From Moniliella sp. 'wahieum' (lineage: Eukaryota), in the NCBI GenBank assembly GCA_003971905.1, contig RSEE01000124.1:62001-126000 (forward strand): a DNA stretch of 64,000 nucleotides, given 5' to 3'. This document shows positions 1-11,768 of this stretch, piece after piece. The position numbers were made by a program, and so were the translations under genes. Below the pieces are notes generated by a model. It saw nothing but the letters and a program-made list of their open reading frames with translations, made no database searches and was not told the origin of the DNA. Numbering within the stretch: position 1 is the first letter of the stretch; every line of letters begins with the position of its first letter.

Positions 1-831
1 GCGACTGTTTTCCATGATTCTGGAACTGGTGGAACAGGAGGACGCGTTTGTTGTGATCTTGATTGGTACGCATCGGTCCTCTTCATCCGAATTCATACTC
101 ACACGTACCCTTTATCAGATGAGGTGGAAAGTTTGGCGACTGCACGGTCTGCTTCCTTGGGCGGCCTTGAACCCTCCGACGCAGTACGGGTGGTCAATGC
201 GGTGCTCACGCAGCTGGACAAGCTCAAGCACCACAAGAATGTTCTCGTCATGACCACTTCCAACATTTCGGAGGCGATGGGTACGTGGACTCTTCTGGTG
301 GTAGGGGTTCAACCAACGTGAACTGAAACGGCTTACTGATCTCGTTCTCTGCAGATTCGGCCTTTATGGATCGAGCCGACATTAAACAATACATTGGTCT
401 TCCTTCCTCAGAAGCCATCTATTGGATCCAGCGCACATGTCTGGAGGAATTGATGGCCAAGGGCATGGCCACGCACGTTGTACGTTTCTCCTCCCCGCTT
501 TATCAGCTTGCGTGGCTTGCGTGTGTTCGCTGACCCTCTCTGTTCACAGCCACTGTTGCAATGGCCCGTCGCATCCATGCTCACGTCACCCACGGGTCCA
601 GACAGGGCTAGTTTTCTTTTGGCCCAACTGGCCCGCCAGACCAAAGGTCTTTCGGGGCGGTTGTTACGTCGGTTGCCTGTGTTGGCTCTGGCCCGACACA
701 TCTCCTCGGTCGCGCGACCGATCCCGACAGAAATGTGGATCGAGGCAATGAGCAAGGCGGCTGCTGATTCTCAACAGGAGGCACGTCAAGTCCAAGCGGG
801 TAGCTCTGCGCCCCTCCCTGAGCAGGCCTAG
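1..831 (+). CDS. PCH2: Pachytene checkpoint protein 2 / TRIP13 AAA+ ATPase, 3' portion (5' end outside window); introns ~66-118, 281-354, 480-549
   Basis: Splicing GTACG..AG introns gives [17 protein letters not shown] (Walker B), [43 protein letters not shown] and [16 protein letters not shown], all PCH2/TRIP13 motifs. Confidence 0.92.
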
Positions 832-1073
832 TCGGGTCCATGGTCGCAACAAGCCATGCCCTTGGTCTTCCGGCATGTTCCCCTGCCATTCTCGTTCTTC
901 GCGCTTTCATCGTAATTTGCATGACTGGTCCTGGGCCATGACCAGGTCGGTTCCCCGCTGTCTCTCACCTGCCTGCACGACTCTGTTTGGGTGAACCCGC
1001 GATCATGTACACATAGTCACCAGGCAATAGTACAAGTACAAGTACAATAATATACACACCAATCGCAACCTCC

Positions 1074-2091
1074 TCAAGGCAACACGTTCAGCACGTACAA
1101 CGCCCCGCCGGCATCTTGGGCCTTGACTACTTGCTTGGACAGGACGAGAGCATTGAGGGCCTTGTTGACTTGCACGCGCGGCAGTTTCGTGGCCGACACC
1201 AGGTCCGGCACTTAGGACCCACCAACATAGGTTAGCCTTTTTTTCAGCGTCAAAGAAGAGAGGCACGAGTACGTACAATGGGAGCCTGCGTCGCCGGCGT
1301 TGATCAATGCACCCAGTGTGGTCTGGGCCACTCTGGTCAGCGCCGGGTCCGAGCCGCGCCATTCGAGGGGAAGGCGGTCAATCGTGTCGGTGACAAAGAC
1401 CTGGGAAAACGAGAGGGAAACACGGTCAGAGCACATCAAATAGGTCAAAGAAAGTACCTATAGGGGCAACGTACCTCGCGTTGCTTTTTCTGCCGGTGTC
1501 AACTTGGGCTTGGTCGGTGCCGAAGGCTTCTTGAGTGCGCTCTTGCCTGGCTTGCCTGTCCCCGACGCGGCGGGGGCGCCAATTTGGGTTGCCTTGAATG
1601 GCACGGCCGCTGCGGGCGGCGGCGGGAGCGGAAAGGAAGCATCTGTCACAGCCGACTCATCGGCTGTGGCATAGGTCGTGTCGGCAGCGACGGAATGGGA
1701 GGATATGGTACTCTCAGCAGCGGTCGCAGATGGGTTGGATGTCGTGGTACCGAGGGAAGCGAGGAGCTGCTTGCGTTCCTGCACGCTCGTCGCCGCATCC
1801 GGCAGCGGCCGCTCGGACCAGTCGACCGTGAAGGCATTCATGCGCAGGCCATATAGGAACTCGGAGAAAGACTCTCCAAACACACTGAGCGACTCTCCAA
1901 TCCCCTGCCACGCAGCCAGGTTGGCTTCGAGGGTATTGGTCTCATCGCCGAGCAGGCCTAGTGCCTGGTCCAGGTGGGCGAGCGCGGGGGGAAGAACGGA
2001 GGAGGCGCCGGTGCTTGCGCCTGGGGACGCACCAATGCTGCCGCGGGAGATGCGGCGGATGGGTGTCTGTGGGCGGGAGAAGGAGGGACAT
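1074..2091 (-). CDS. DAM1: DASH/Dam1 kinetochore complex subunit Dam1; introns ~1211-1276 and 1401-1474
   Basis: RPQTPIRRISRGS N-terminus and LEANLAAWQGIGESLSVFGESFSEFLYGLRMNAFTVDW match the Dam1 core. The ATG at 2091 is one base out of frame (probable indel error). Confidence 0.85.
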
Positions 2092-2329
2092 GGGGGGGGC
2101 GGGGGTGGGATGGAGGACGATGGACGATGGGCGGGGGGTGCTAGTAATACCACGTTGCTCTTATTGGTTAGGTTGTGGCTCACCAAAAAAACGCGTGCGA
2201 GCACCTGATCGGTGATCACAATCAACGTAATCAACACTCCCGAGCGCGCCAGGATTGAACATTGCAATAATAGAGTAGGCTCGACTGGATTCCACCACCA
2301 ACGTGGGCACGGCGGAAAGGACAAACGGG

Positions 2330-2897
2330 ATGAGATCTGAGATGGGGCGTTTGCTTTGCAACTACCACACCATTCTTATGGGACGGCACCGACCGACCAG
2401 GTTCTTCCTCCCGAAGCGCATGCTGTGGTGCGGGGGAGGTGGGTTTGGTTGTTTGAGACGGGGAAGACTCCGGGGACTGTCGATTGTTGGTGAGATGATG
2501 AGAGCGGATAGCAGATGGAAGATGGAATCTGTCATAGTTTGGCTAACCCACGACAGTGCTGGGAAATGTGAGGTGTGGGTGCTGTGGCACTGAAGAGTAT
2601 TTGGGCGCTACGATAGGGCGGGCCGAGATGCTGAAAGGGTACATGCGCGAGTACGAGGCGGTGGAGGACAAAGACGTGTTTGCTGCTGCGGTCCTGGCGT
2701 TGATGGACGCGCTGATGGGGCCCGTGCATTACGGCCCGAACGAAACGAAACGGACACCATGCGAGCCCGATCTACAGTGGGCATTGCAGGAACGGCGCGT
2801 CCTCCAGCGGATCGTGACGATTTTGCTTGACTGTCCGGACGAACAGGTGGCGCGGAAGGCACAGGCCTATCAGCATATTCTCTCTTTCGTTTCATGA
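2330..2897 (+). CDS. Hypothetical helical (ARM-like) protein or gene fragment; intron ~2490-2556
   Basis: Coding-like 3' exon (EMLKGYMREYEAVEDKDVFAAAVLALMDALM...LQRIVTILLDCPDEQVARKAQ) preceded by a GTGAGA...GCTAAC...CAG intron. 5' exon uncertain. Confidence 0.4.
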
Positions 2898-3063
2898 ACC
2901 TAGATGGGAAGTGGTACATGGGTGTTAGACGCGAACACGCAAACGATCTCCAGTTGCCATAGCTGAGAGAGAAGAAGCCCGTGGGGGAGACACATGCAGG
3001 AGTAAATTGGAGGGAAGATCATACTAGGTAAAGGGGAGAGCTCCAACGAGAGCGAAAATGAAG

Positions 3064-6000
3064 TTACACTAGGGCCGCCTTGACCTCGTCCGGGGCATGG
3101 ACGGCAAGGTGCTGCAGCGCAGCCTGAACAAACGTTTGGACCGACGTGGTGTTGGCTTCGGCAAGTGGGAGCGAGGCCAAGTCGGTGAGCCGAACGGGAG
3201 CTTGGGCAGCAGCAAGCTTGGTGAACGATGCTTGGAACCCACCCTCCTCGAGATCGAGCATGTGCATCGCCTCATCCTCCCCTTCGGGCAGCGCGGCGGA
3301 ACCGACGTGACGGTCTGAGCAAGTGAGCGCGCCAGGGCCGGGGTGACCGACAGAAGCGGGGGTGCGAGCATGGCAGGTTCCTTGAGCAACCGGGCGAGAC
3401 CTGTGAGTGCCTGGCGTTGTTGGTACGCCGGGAGCTGTGGAAGGCTCGGTACAATAATGCCCGACAAGAGCTGAGCAAAAATGCCGGCCTGCACCTCGTC
3501 CACCGCGCTGATCACAGCGCCTGGGTACGGCGCCGGCAGACAGGCCAGCCCACCAATAAACCCAATAAACGCATGGGTAAACTTGTCTGTCCGCGCCGTC
3601 TGCAACCGTTGGAGGATTAGCAGGAACGCGGGTTTTTTCAGCGGCGTAAGCACGTTGCTGCAATCCGGGTGGTCAGTACAAGAACAGGTAGGGGTATGCG
3701 GGGATTGGGGGAGACGTACTCAGGCAAATACCGGAAGATGGCAAGGAGCAGGTCAAAGCCATGCGTGTCGAGAGCACGCGAGGTGATGAGGCGTTGGTAG
3801 ATGCCCATCAAGTTCACCACTTGGTTGTTGGCGACAAACGATTGTGCGCCAATTGCAAGGAACGCCTGGAAAAGACGGACGAGAGCGGGGACATTGCCGC
3901 GTTGCTCCCACAGGGCGGGCGTAAGGAGCGGAGGGACAAGCTCTTGGTAAGAGCTGGGCAGACCGGATGCCGATGCCGGGTGCAGTTCCAGCATCTGCGC
4001 CAGGACTTGGAACACGTAGGGTACAAACTCGGCCGCATCATTTTGGAGGATAGTGGTAAAGGGAGGGAAAAGGGATTGCTCCAGGGGTGCCAGCCGGACG
4101 GCAACCTCGTCGCCAGCATTGGTGGTGACAAAACGCACGAGGGCGGCAATGGACTCGAAGAGGAACTGGTTGAACCGGGGGTTGGACGGGTTCTTGGCCA
4201 CTTCCACCAAGATGGCCGTCAGTTGGCCCAAGATGGGTGTGGCAAACGGCGTGAGGGTGGTGCGAGCGGTGAGGATGAGGCGCATGACACACTTCATCAG
4301 ATAATCGTTTTCCGCAATCTTTTCGGGGGTGCCGCCGGAAAGGATGGTATGGAAACAAGCCATCAAGATGCGCTCCACAAATGGCTGAACGTCTTCCGCC
4401 GTGAACAACGGGGGTCGGAATCCAGTCGCCGCACCTGCTGCCCCGGCTGAGGCCGAGGTGCCCATCGCGGCGGCCGCAGAACCAGCAGGAAGAGGCTGCT
4501 TCATAAACAAGATCCGCTCGATCGAGATTGCAGCATAAGAGACTGTCACGTACGACTCGGATTGGAGATGTTGGACCAAGAGGGGCAACACCGAAAGGAG
4601 TTGGGGCTTGGAGTGGTTGCGGAAGGTGTAGAGGAACTTGATCGCATCGACTTGGAGAATAGGATGAACAGAGCCGGGAGCGGCCTCAAGGTCAGAGTAC
4701 ACATTGGTAGAGAAAAATTGGACCACATCGACGAGGGTGTTGACGCTGTTCACGCCCCCCTGGCGTGTGGCACCTTCGATCGCCACACCAGTCAAGAGGT
4801 AGAGGGCGGTATCTTTCTGTTTCCAATTGGTAACGGGGTCCGCAGCATAGGTACTCAAGTACTGGGCAATGTGGCCCTCGATGATGCCCGTCATGGTTTC
4901 TGGGAACTTGTGCAAAAGAGCACGGGTAAAGCCCACAGCGGCGGTGCGGCGAGTATCTGATGTATCCCCTGCACCGGAGGCACCCACAGCGGTGGCGGCC
5001 GCTGTGCCTGCATCGAGATCACGACGAATGTACTCCATCGGGTTGTCTTCGAACAATTCTTCGTCTGCCTCGCGCAGCTGAGCATTGGGGAGAATGATGG
5101 ACTGCGTCAACTGCTGCAGGGCATCAGAAGAGGAGAACATGGCGTTGTTGTTGCCCATGCGGACGACAGTAGAGAGCAAGCCAATGGCCTTGGCCACTAG
5201 CAGGTCGTATCTCCCCCGGGTCCGGTTGAAGAGAGCATTTCCCACACTGCCTCAATCAGCGGTGGCACGTGCTCCTCAAATACATCCAGGAAGCGCTGGC
5301 AATAGAGCTCGGCTACCTCGCAGATCCCGGCGCGAATCTTCTCTAGTGGCCCAGCCTCATCCGAAGAGTCGTCAGCATCACCCACCAATTCTGGCCGTGA
5401 GAAACGCAGCCAGCGAAGAAGGAGCGGAACAATGAGAGTGGAGAGATTGTCCTCGAACGCGGGTGGAAGGTCTTGGGCGCTCAAGTCGTAGAAAAGAGAG
5501 ATCTCCAGACTGAGGGCGTTGGCCAGGGCGGGAACCTGGGCGGGTGGAGTGGAGGGGTTGGTGAGGGCCTCGTCGGTCTTGCGAAGCAATTCAAGGAAAG
5601 GAGGATTGAACTTGGCAAGGACAAAGTTGATTTCGGACCAAAGGGCGTCAGAGCGGAAGGCAGCGCGCCACTTGCGGAAGATAGTGTGGGCGGTGTTGAG
5701 GACAGAGAGGAGAATGCCCTGGTCCGGATCAGTGAGGCGGGAAACGAGCTCGTCAAGAAGCTCGGGCCAGGCATCGGGGAAGTCGTGATCGGCAACCTGG
5801 GCAACGAGTTCGGCGAGCTGGCTGCGGAGGGCTGAGGAGGAGGAGGCCGAGGTGGCGGCGACTTGCCAGAGGACAGCAAGACTTTGGGTGCGCACCTGTG
5901 GCTTGTCCGAGTCGGGGACGACCTGTTCAAAGTCGTCTGTGGCGACCCACCCGGAACGGGCGAGGTTCTTGACGTTGGGGCGGCGGCCAGGCGCACGGCA

Positions 6001-6158
6001 AGGGGGAGCTGGTCGGTGGCTACCAGGGTAAGGGCGAGGGGAGCGTACCCAGGCGTCTTCTGGGCAGCAGCGAGCTGGGTCTCGGCGTCCTTGCGGACAG
6101 CGAGCTCGGGAGAGAGGGTGGCCTGGAAGAGGGTGGCGAGCTGCTGCGCCGGGTCCAT
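3064..6158 (-). CDS. CSE1: Exportin-2 / importin-alpha re-exporter Cse1; intron ~3658-3719; several frameshifts
   Basis: Importin-beta N domain (LFQATLSP..RKDAETQL), DFPDAWPELL, AQDLPPAFEDN, EELFEDNPMEYIRRDL, VDAIKFLYTFRN, KNPSNPRFNQFLFESI, EFVPYVFQVLAQMLE, GNVPALVRL. Confidence 0.95.
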
Positions 6159-6439
6159 GCTGAATGCGGGCGCGGGCGGTGGGAGGGAGGAGGCAGGAGG
6201 GGGGCGGTGTGGTTGCCCATTCGTTCTACGGGGGAGGAAAATGCAAATTCCGCCCCGCTCCGCCCGCAGCTGAGACGCGCCAGAGCAACAGGAGCAACAC
6301 CACGCACCCGCCACCCCCGCCTGCTTACCTCAGCCGGTGCACACGAGCGTGCCCACTCCTTAATTCTCCGATCCCCACCGCCGCCCCCTTTCCTCCCTAC
6401 GCCCCTTGAGGGTACTAGCTAACATCACCATCCACTCAG

Positions 6440-7556
6440 ATCATCGATGAGATCTGCCCACGCACCAAGGACTCGATTTTAGGTCTGGGCGAACGCATGT
6501 CGTGCCGGATCGTCGCAAGTGCGCTAGAGGAACAGGGCACTCCCAGCACACTCGTCACTCTGGAGAACGTGGTTGATGCGACTCTTTTGGAGCAGGCCGG
6601 GGTTAGCGCTGACGCCCCGTCCTGAACCACTTCTTCTACTCCCACCTGGCTCACCGGCTAGGCGATGTTCTGTACGCTGTGCCACTCGACCACGTTGGTC
6701 GTCACTGGATACGTTGGTTCGGTCCCCAGGCCGATCCTGGACCAAGTCGGGCGCGGGTACACTGATCTTTGTGCGGCGCTGTGCAGTGGGAGTGGCGACA
6801 GAGGAGCTGCAGATTTGGAAGGAAGATAACGGTGTCTACTACCGATCCTCGCAAGGTGCCCTCTCCCCGTCTAATTCCTGCCATCTCTCTTGAGGAGGCG
6901 GCTGAGCTCGCCCATTACGGCTCGGAGGTCATTCATCCTTTCACTATGGAGCAGGCGATCCGCGAAACGATTCCGATCCGGATCAAGAACGTCATGAATC
7001 CTGGGGCAGAAGGGGCTGTCATTGTGCCCACACTTGATGAGCATCGACCAGCCTAGTAGTCCTTTGGCCGTCGGGGCACAGACGCCTTCACACGCCGTGC
7101 CTGGTTCTGCGTCCGCACCTGCTCCCAGCGGTCTGGCCAAGGAGGGCTGATGGCGCCCGAATTTTACGCACGTATCTTCAGTGTGTTGAACCGGTACGGC
7201 GTCCCGGTCGATTTGATCGCCACCTCCATGATGCATATCTGGATGGCCGTCAGTGCTTCCAACCGTCACTGCTCAAAATCAAAGAGGAGATGATCCCGGT
7301 TGGGACAGTATCGCTTATCCGGGACATGACACTTGTCTCGCCGATTGGGAAAGAAATGCGGCACATGATCGGTGTGGCAGGCCAGATGTTTACCACACTT
7401 GCCGATGACCAGATCAACATTGAGCTCATCTCCCAAGGCGCCTCAGAGATCCATTACTACAGTCGTGCATCGCAGGAACGCACTCAAGACCATCAACCTG
7501 ATCCATTAGGCAGCCCTAGAGGTGCCCCTTCCGGTGACAGCTGGAGGGAACTGTAG
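6440..7556 (+). pseudogene. HOM3: Aspartate kinase (HOM3-like), 5'-truncated and degenerate
   Basis: PRTKDSILGLGERMSCRIV, GYTDLCAA, ELQIWKE, TDPRKVP, EAAELAHYGSEVIHPFTMEQAI, PIRIKNVMNP and ACT-domain INIELISQGASEI. No KFGGTS N-terminus in the ~280 bp left before the CSE1 start. Confidence 0.75.
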
Positions 7557-8492
7557 CCGTTCCTTTTTCTAGCCTTGCGCTCTAGCCCCACTTTGCCCCC
7601 TTTGCTCTTCACTCTCTTTTTCTTCCTTAATCTTCCCCTTCCCTTCCTCTCTTCCCCTTTTCTGTACCTCGTCCTATCAGTCTGCATGTTGCATTTGTAC
7701 TTGTGCCCAACGCCACAACCAGTATGCGCGGCGCTGTTTTTTTCACCCTGCATACTGGCCTCCAACAGCCTGGTTTCCCCTTCCCTGTTCCCATCTGATG
7801 ATCATCGCCGCTATTTATTGTAAATGTGCACCGCAACTATGACAAGTTCATGATATCCCTCTCCTTGCTATTCATCAACATATAGGCCCAGTCCAATTTT
7901 CTACATCATCCCAAGCCCTGTCCCAATCTCAGCGCTTCGAGACTATCGGCCCTTGTAACCCAGATTCTCGTCCCGCATCGTCACACGTCTCTCCTTCGTA
8001 CAGAGTGTCACCGACATCATCATCAAATGTTGCCCACACAACCCATCTTGTTTCGCAACCGGTATATGCCTATGAACTGCCTTTCCTTGTCGGCGCCCGT
8101 GTTGACCAACACACGTCGTCCTCGACAGATGCAACAGAGTCAATGGCTGTCATGTGTGCTTGGACTTTCTAGCGTGGCAAGCGACCCTATCCTGTGTCAT
8201 TGCCTTCCATCCGTCCCCCCTGGCGGCAGCTCTTCCACCCGAAACTCGCCAACACCTCAGGCCTCACGATGGTCGATACCAACAAAATAAAATGGCCAGC
8301 TCGTCCATCTGTTGCTCAGGCCGCCCAACTGGGCCGAGGAAAATGAAAGATTACCGATTAGGAGCGCCTGTCTCCAGTTCCATTTAATTAACCTCCCTCG
8401 GGATTAGCCAGAGTGGAGATCTGAGTTCCGCGGATGTTCTGCTTTCACCATCCCCAGACAAACGTGGATGTTGTTGAAGCGCCCGAGGGTGC

Positions 8493-9657
8493 ATGTCCTA
8501 CCTGGCGCGTCTGGCCACTGCCCTCCCCTTGTCTTCTGTCCCGATGGCCAAGCAACAGTACGTGTACGCAGTCAAGCGAGGACGCCAATGCGGCGTCTTC
8601 CCCACCTGGGCCGAAGCCGAACAGGCCACCAAGGGCTTCCCCGGCGCGGTCCATCGCAAATTCCCCGCCAGCGCAGCCGACCAAGCCCAGCGCTGGGTCG
8701 ACGCAGTTGGCCCATCCTCCGCATCGTCTTCCCTCCCTGATCGAACCCCACCGCCGTCCTCGTCCGAGGCACCAGTTGCGAAGAAGCTGCGTCCTAACCC
8801 GCCGCACGCCCTGTATGCCGTCAAGTCCGGTCGCCAGACGGGTGTGTTTACGTCGTGGTCGGAGGTGGAGCCGCTGGTACGGTCGTACCCGGGAGCCAAG
8901 TTTCGCAAGTTCCAGCTCGGCCAGGATACCGAAGCACAGGCTTGGGTGCGGCCCAGCCCTCCTTCGACACGACAAGTATTCCCCCCCCAGGGCCAGGGTC
9001 AGGACCAGGCCAAGCCCGCCGCCCGGTCTACCATCATTCTGCCGGACGACGTGGTTCTGCCTGCCCCGGTGCGCGCTCCGTCCCAACCAGCCTCTGACCT
9101 GTTGCGCTTTCCTGCCCATCTACGTTCGGTTTTGCAGCGATTTAGCGGCCGGGAACCCGAGGCGGAACGGGCGGGAAAGGTAAATGTGTGGTGTGACGGG
9201 TCGAGTCTGTCGAATGGGAAGCAAGCCGCGCGCGCCGGGTGGGGGGTCTACTTCCCTTCGACGTCAGAGTATGTGGGGCTAACCGAGGCTGGGCGGCTTG
9301 AAGGCCTGCAGACCAACAACCGCGGCGAGTTGATGGCGATTGCGCGGGTGTGTGAGCGGCCCTTTGTCGGTGGACGTACGGATTCATACCGACAGTCAAT
9401 ATGCGATCAAGGCGCTGACCCAGTGGTCCTCTGCGTGGGAGCGGCGCGGGTGGAGGACGGCCGAGGGCAATGAGGTGCAAAACCAAGACCTTCTGCGCTG
9501 GATCCTGGGGATGATGAAAGAACGCCAACCCGAGCTGGTCTATGTCAAAGGGCATGCGGGCGATGTGGGCAATGAAGCGGCTGACTGTCTTGCTCGCTTT
9601 GGCGCCCTCTTGCCACCCAAACCCGTCCCGCTCTTGCTCTCACCAGCAGCAATTTGA
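8493..9657 (+). CDS. RNH1: Ribonuclease H1 with two N-terminal hybrid-binding domains (one frameshift ~9360)
   Basis: YAVKRGRQCGVFPTW..FPGAVHRKF and YAVKSGRQTGVFTSW..YPGAKFRKF; catalytic VWCDGS, QTNNRGELMA, IHTDSQY, VKGHAG..GNEAAD. Confidence 0.93.
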
Positions 9658-9803
9658 CGACGTTGAGATCCGTATACCAATCTATCGCATCCCCGCCGAG
9701 GCAAGGCATTGAATGGTCTTTCATCCTAATAGGGCAAGGAGGAGGGGGGCGAAGGAAGGAAAAGAAGGGAAGGAGGAAAGGAAAGGGAGAGGAGGGTAGG
9801 TTG

Positions 9804-11352
9804 TTACCGCCATGCTGCCGAAACTAGCTTACCAACAGTGTGGAGGGCATAGAACTTGACGTCCTTGTCGTCGTGAGACATCAGCTGCATTAGCCGCACC
9901 TTGGCCGGGGAGAGGTTAGCCAGTCGCTTGGCCGTTTCGGACACGACCACAATCTTGCCCAGATCATTGGCTGCAACAGCGAGGGTGGTAGGATCTTCGC
10001 CGTGAGCGATCAGGTCAAGCAGCTTGTTGAGACCGGTACAGTGATCCTCCAACAGCTGCGGGGTGGCCGACAGCCAAAACTCGTCCGATTCGTGCAGCGG
10101 GTTGTCCCATGTCAGCCGGCCCGAGTCAAGCTCGGCGAGGTAAACATCGAGAGTGGTCATGCTCTTCAACTTTTCGGCCAAGGCCTCCTGTAGTTCGTGC
10201 AAATCCGCAGTAAGATCTTCGTCGCTCCATTTGCGCCCTTCCAGGTTCTCTACCAGAGGCAAGACCTTCGCTCCGAGAAGAGCATTAGCATTAACCTCAG
10301 GGGCCTTGTGCAGCAAGTTGGCAAAGGTTGCCATCACGACGCGGATAACTTTCTCCTTGTTGGTCGCTGATCCCACTTCGCTAAGCACGGTGATGACAGG
10401 CAACTGATCGCCGTTCAGCTCAGCAGCGATCTGCGGATCAAACGAAAGCAGCCAAAAAACGAGGATGATCTGGTACTGATACTGCGACACGAGACCGCCA
10501 GCGGTGGCACGAGTAGACGACCCTGCACTTGCGCCCGCCCCTGCCGCAGCACCAGCACCGAGCGTTTTGCTGAGGATGTCCAGCAGTTTCTTGAGCAACG
10601 GGGGGGAAAGGGGCCAGAATTGAGTGCGCAACCGGCTGTTGCGCAGCAATGCATTGAGCAGCTGGGTAGCCAAGTCGAGCGCATTGCCGTCGGCATACCC
10701 GGTACCAGTAAGGAACGAAGGCGCACCAGCCTCCTCTCCAGCGCTCTAGAGAAGGGTGTAAATGTAGTCGACCAGACGGGCAAACACGCCAGGCGGCGGG
10801 GGTGTCTTTTCCGACACGAGAAGCAGCAACAAGAACTGGGCAGCCTTGACCTGCACAAACTCATCCTGGGCATCCAAATGTCTGTACGATCTTCTGTTAG
10901 CCTTGCCAATGAAGAAGTGGGAGAGGAAGGAGGCCGGGAAAGTAATACATACTTCAGAAATGGTCCCCAGGGCAGGGCAGCGGGCAGAGGTGCATCGGCC
11001 GGAGCATCGACCGGATCGGCGGCAGCAGCGAACAGGAGCTGGGCGCGGTCGTCACGGCCAGTAAGGAGGTCGTCGATGAGGACAAGGATTTGCTGGAGCG
11101 TGTCGGTGCGAGAAAGCTTGGTGAGGAGACGGAGGTAAAGAAGGGCATACTCGGGGGCATCTGCGTCGGCGACGGGGGTCTCCCCGCCGGCACGGGGCTT
11201 GTCGACCTTTTTAATCAGCTTGAGCTCGGCGGCGGACACGAGATCGGCACGCTGGTATCCTCCCAGGGGATGGGGCGGCTGCGGATGCGCTGTGCGTTGG
11301 CATCGAGCCAGGCGGAGCGGATGGGCACGAGCGGGATGGGCGCAGCAGCCAT
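9804..11352 (-). CDS. VMA13: V-type ATPase subunit H; intron ~10882-10952
   Basis: IRSRPIPWE(G)YQRA, QYQYQIILVFWLLSF, KEKVIRV, RKWSDEDL, YLAELDSGRLTW..LH.SDEFW, LAVAANDLG, KVRLMQLMSHDDKDVKFYAL. Confidence 0.93.
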
Positions 11353-11768
11353 GGCAGCGGGTGGGAGGGGCCGTGGGTGAGAGGCGATCCCAGCGGCGGT
11401 GGTGAGTTGGCGCCGACTGGACCTGAATTGTATGGGCGTGAATTCAGCCGCCCCGTTGAACATTCAAGTTCAGTGTCCAAGCGTCAAACTTCAAGCGCCC
11501 GAACCAGCGCCCAGACCATGCGCTCCGCTGACGTCAGCCCGCCCGCCGGGCACAGTCACGTGCGGAGGCTGCATTTGAAATGGGCAACTGGAAGGGCGCC
11601 CCGCTTTTGCAGGGCGGATGCATGATGATGACGCATGATGGATCCATTGCAATTGCAATACTTGATGCTGGCTTCTCGCGGCCATTTCTTCGGGCAGCGG
11701 AGCGGGCGGTGCGTGCGAGTGTGTCGGAGAGGTGCCGGGTGGTGGTGCGGCTGCTCCTGCTGCCACCC

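Noticed and set aside
8493..9657. Retroelement or caulimovirus-derived RNase H
   Set aside because: Architecture is the standard cellular RNase H1, with no RT, integrase, gag or LTRs nearby
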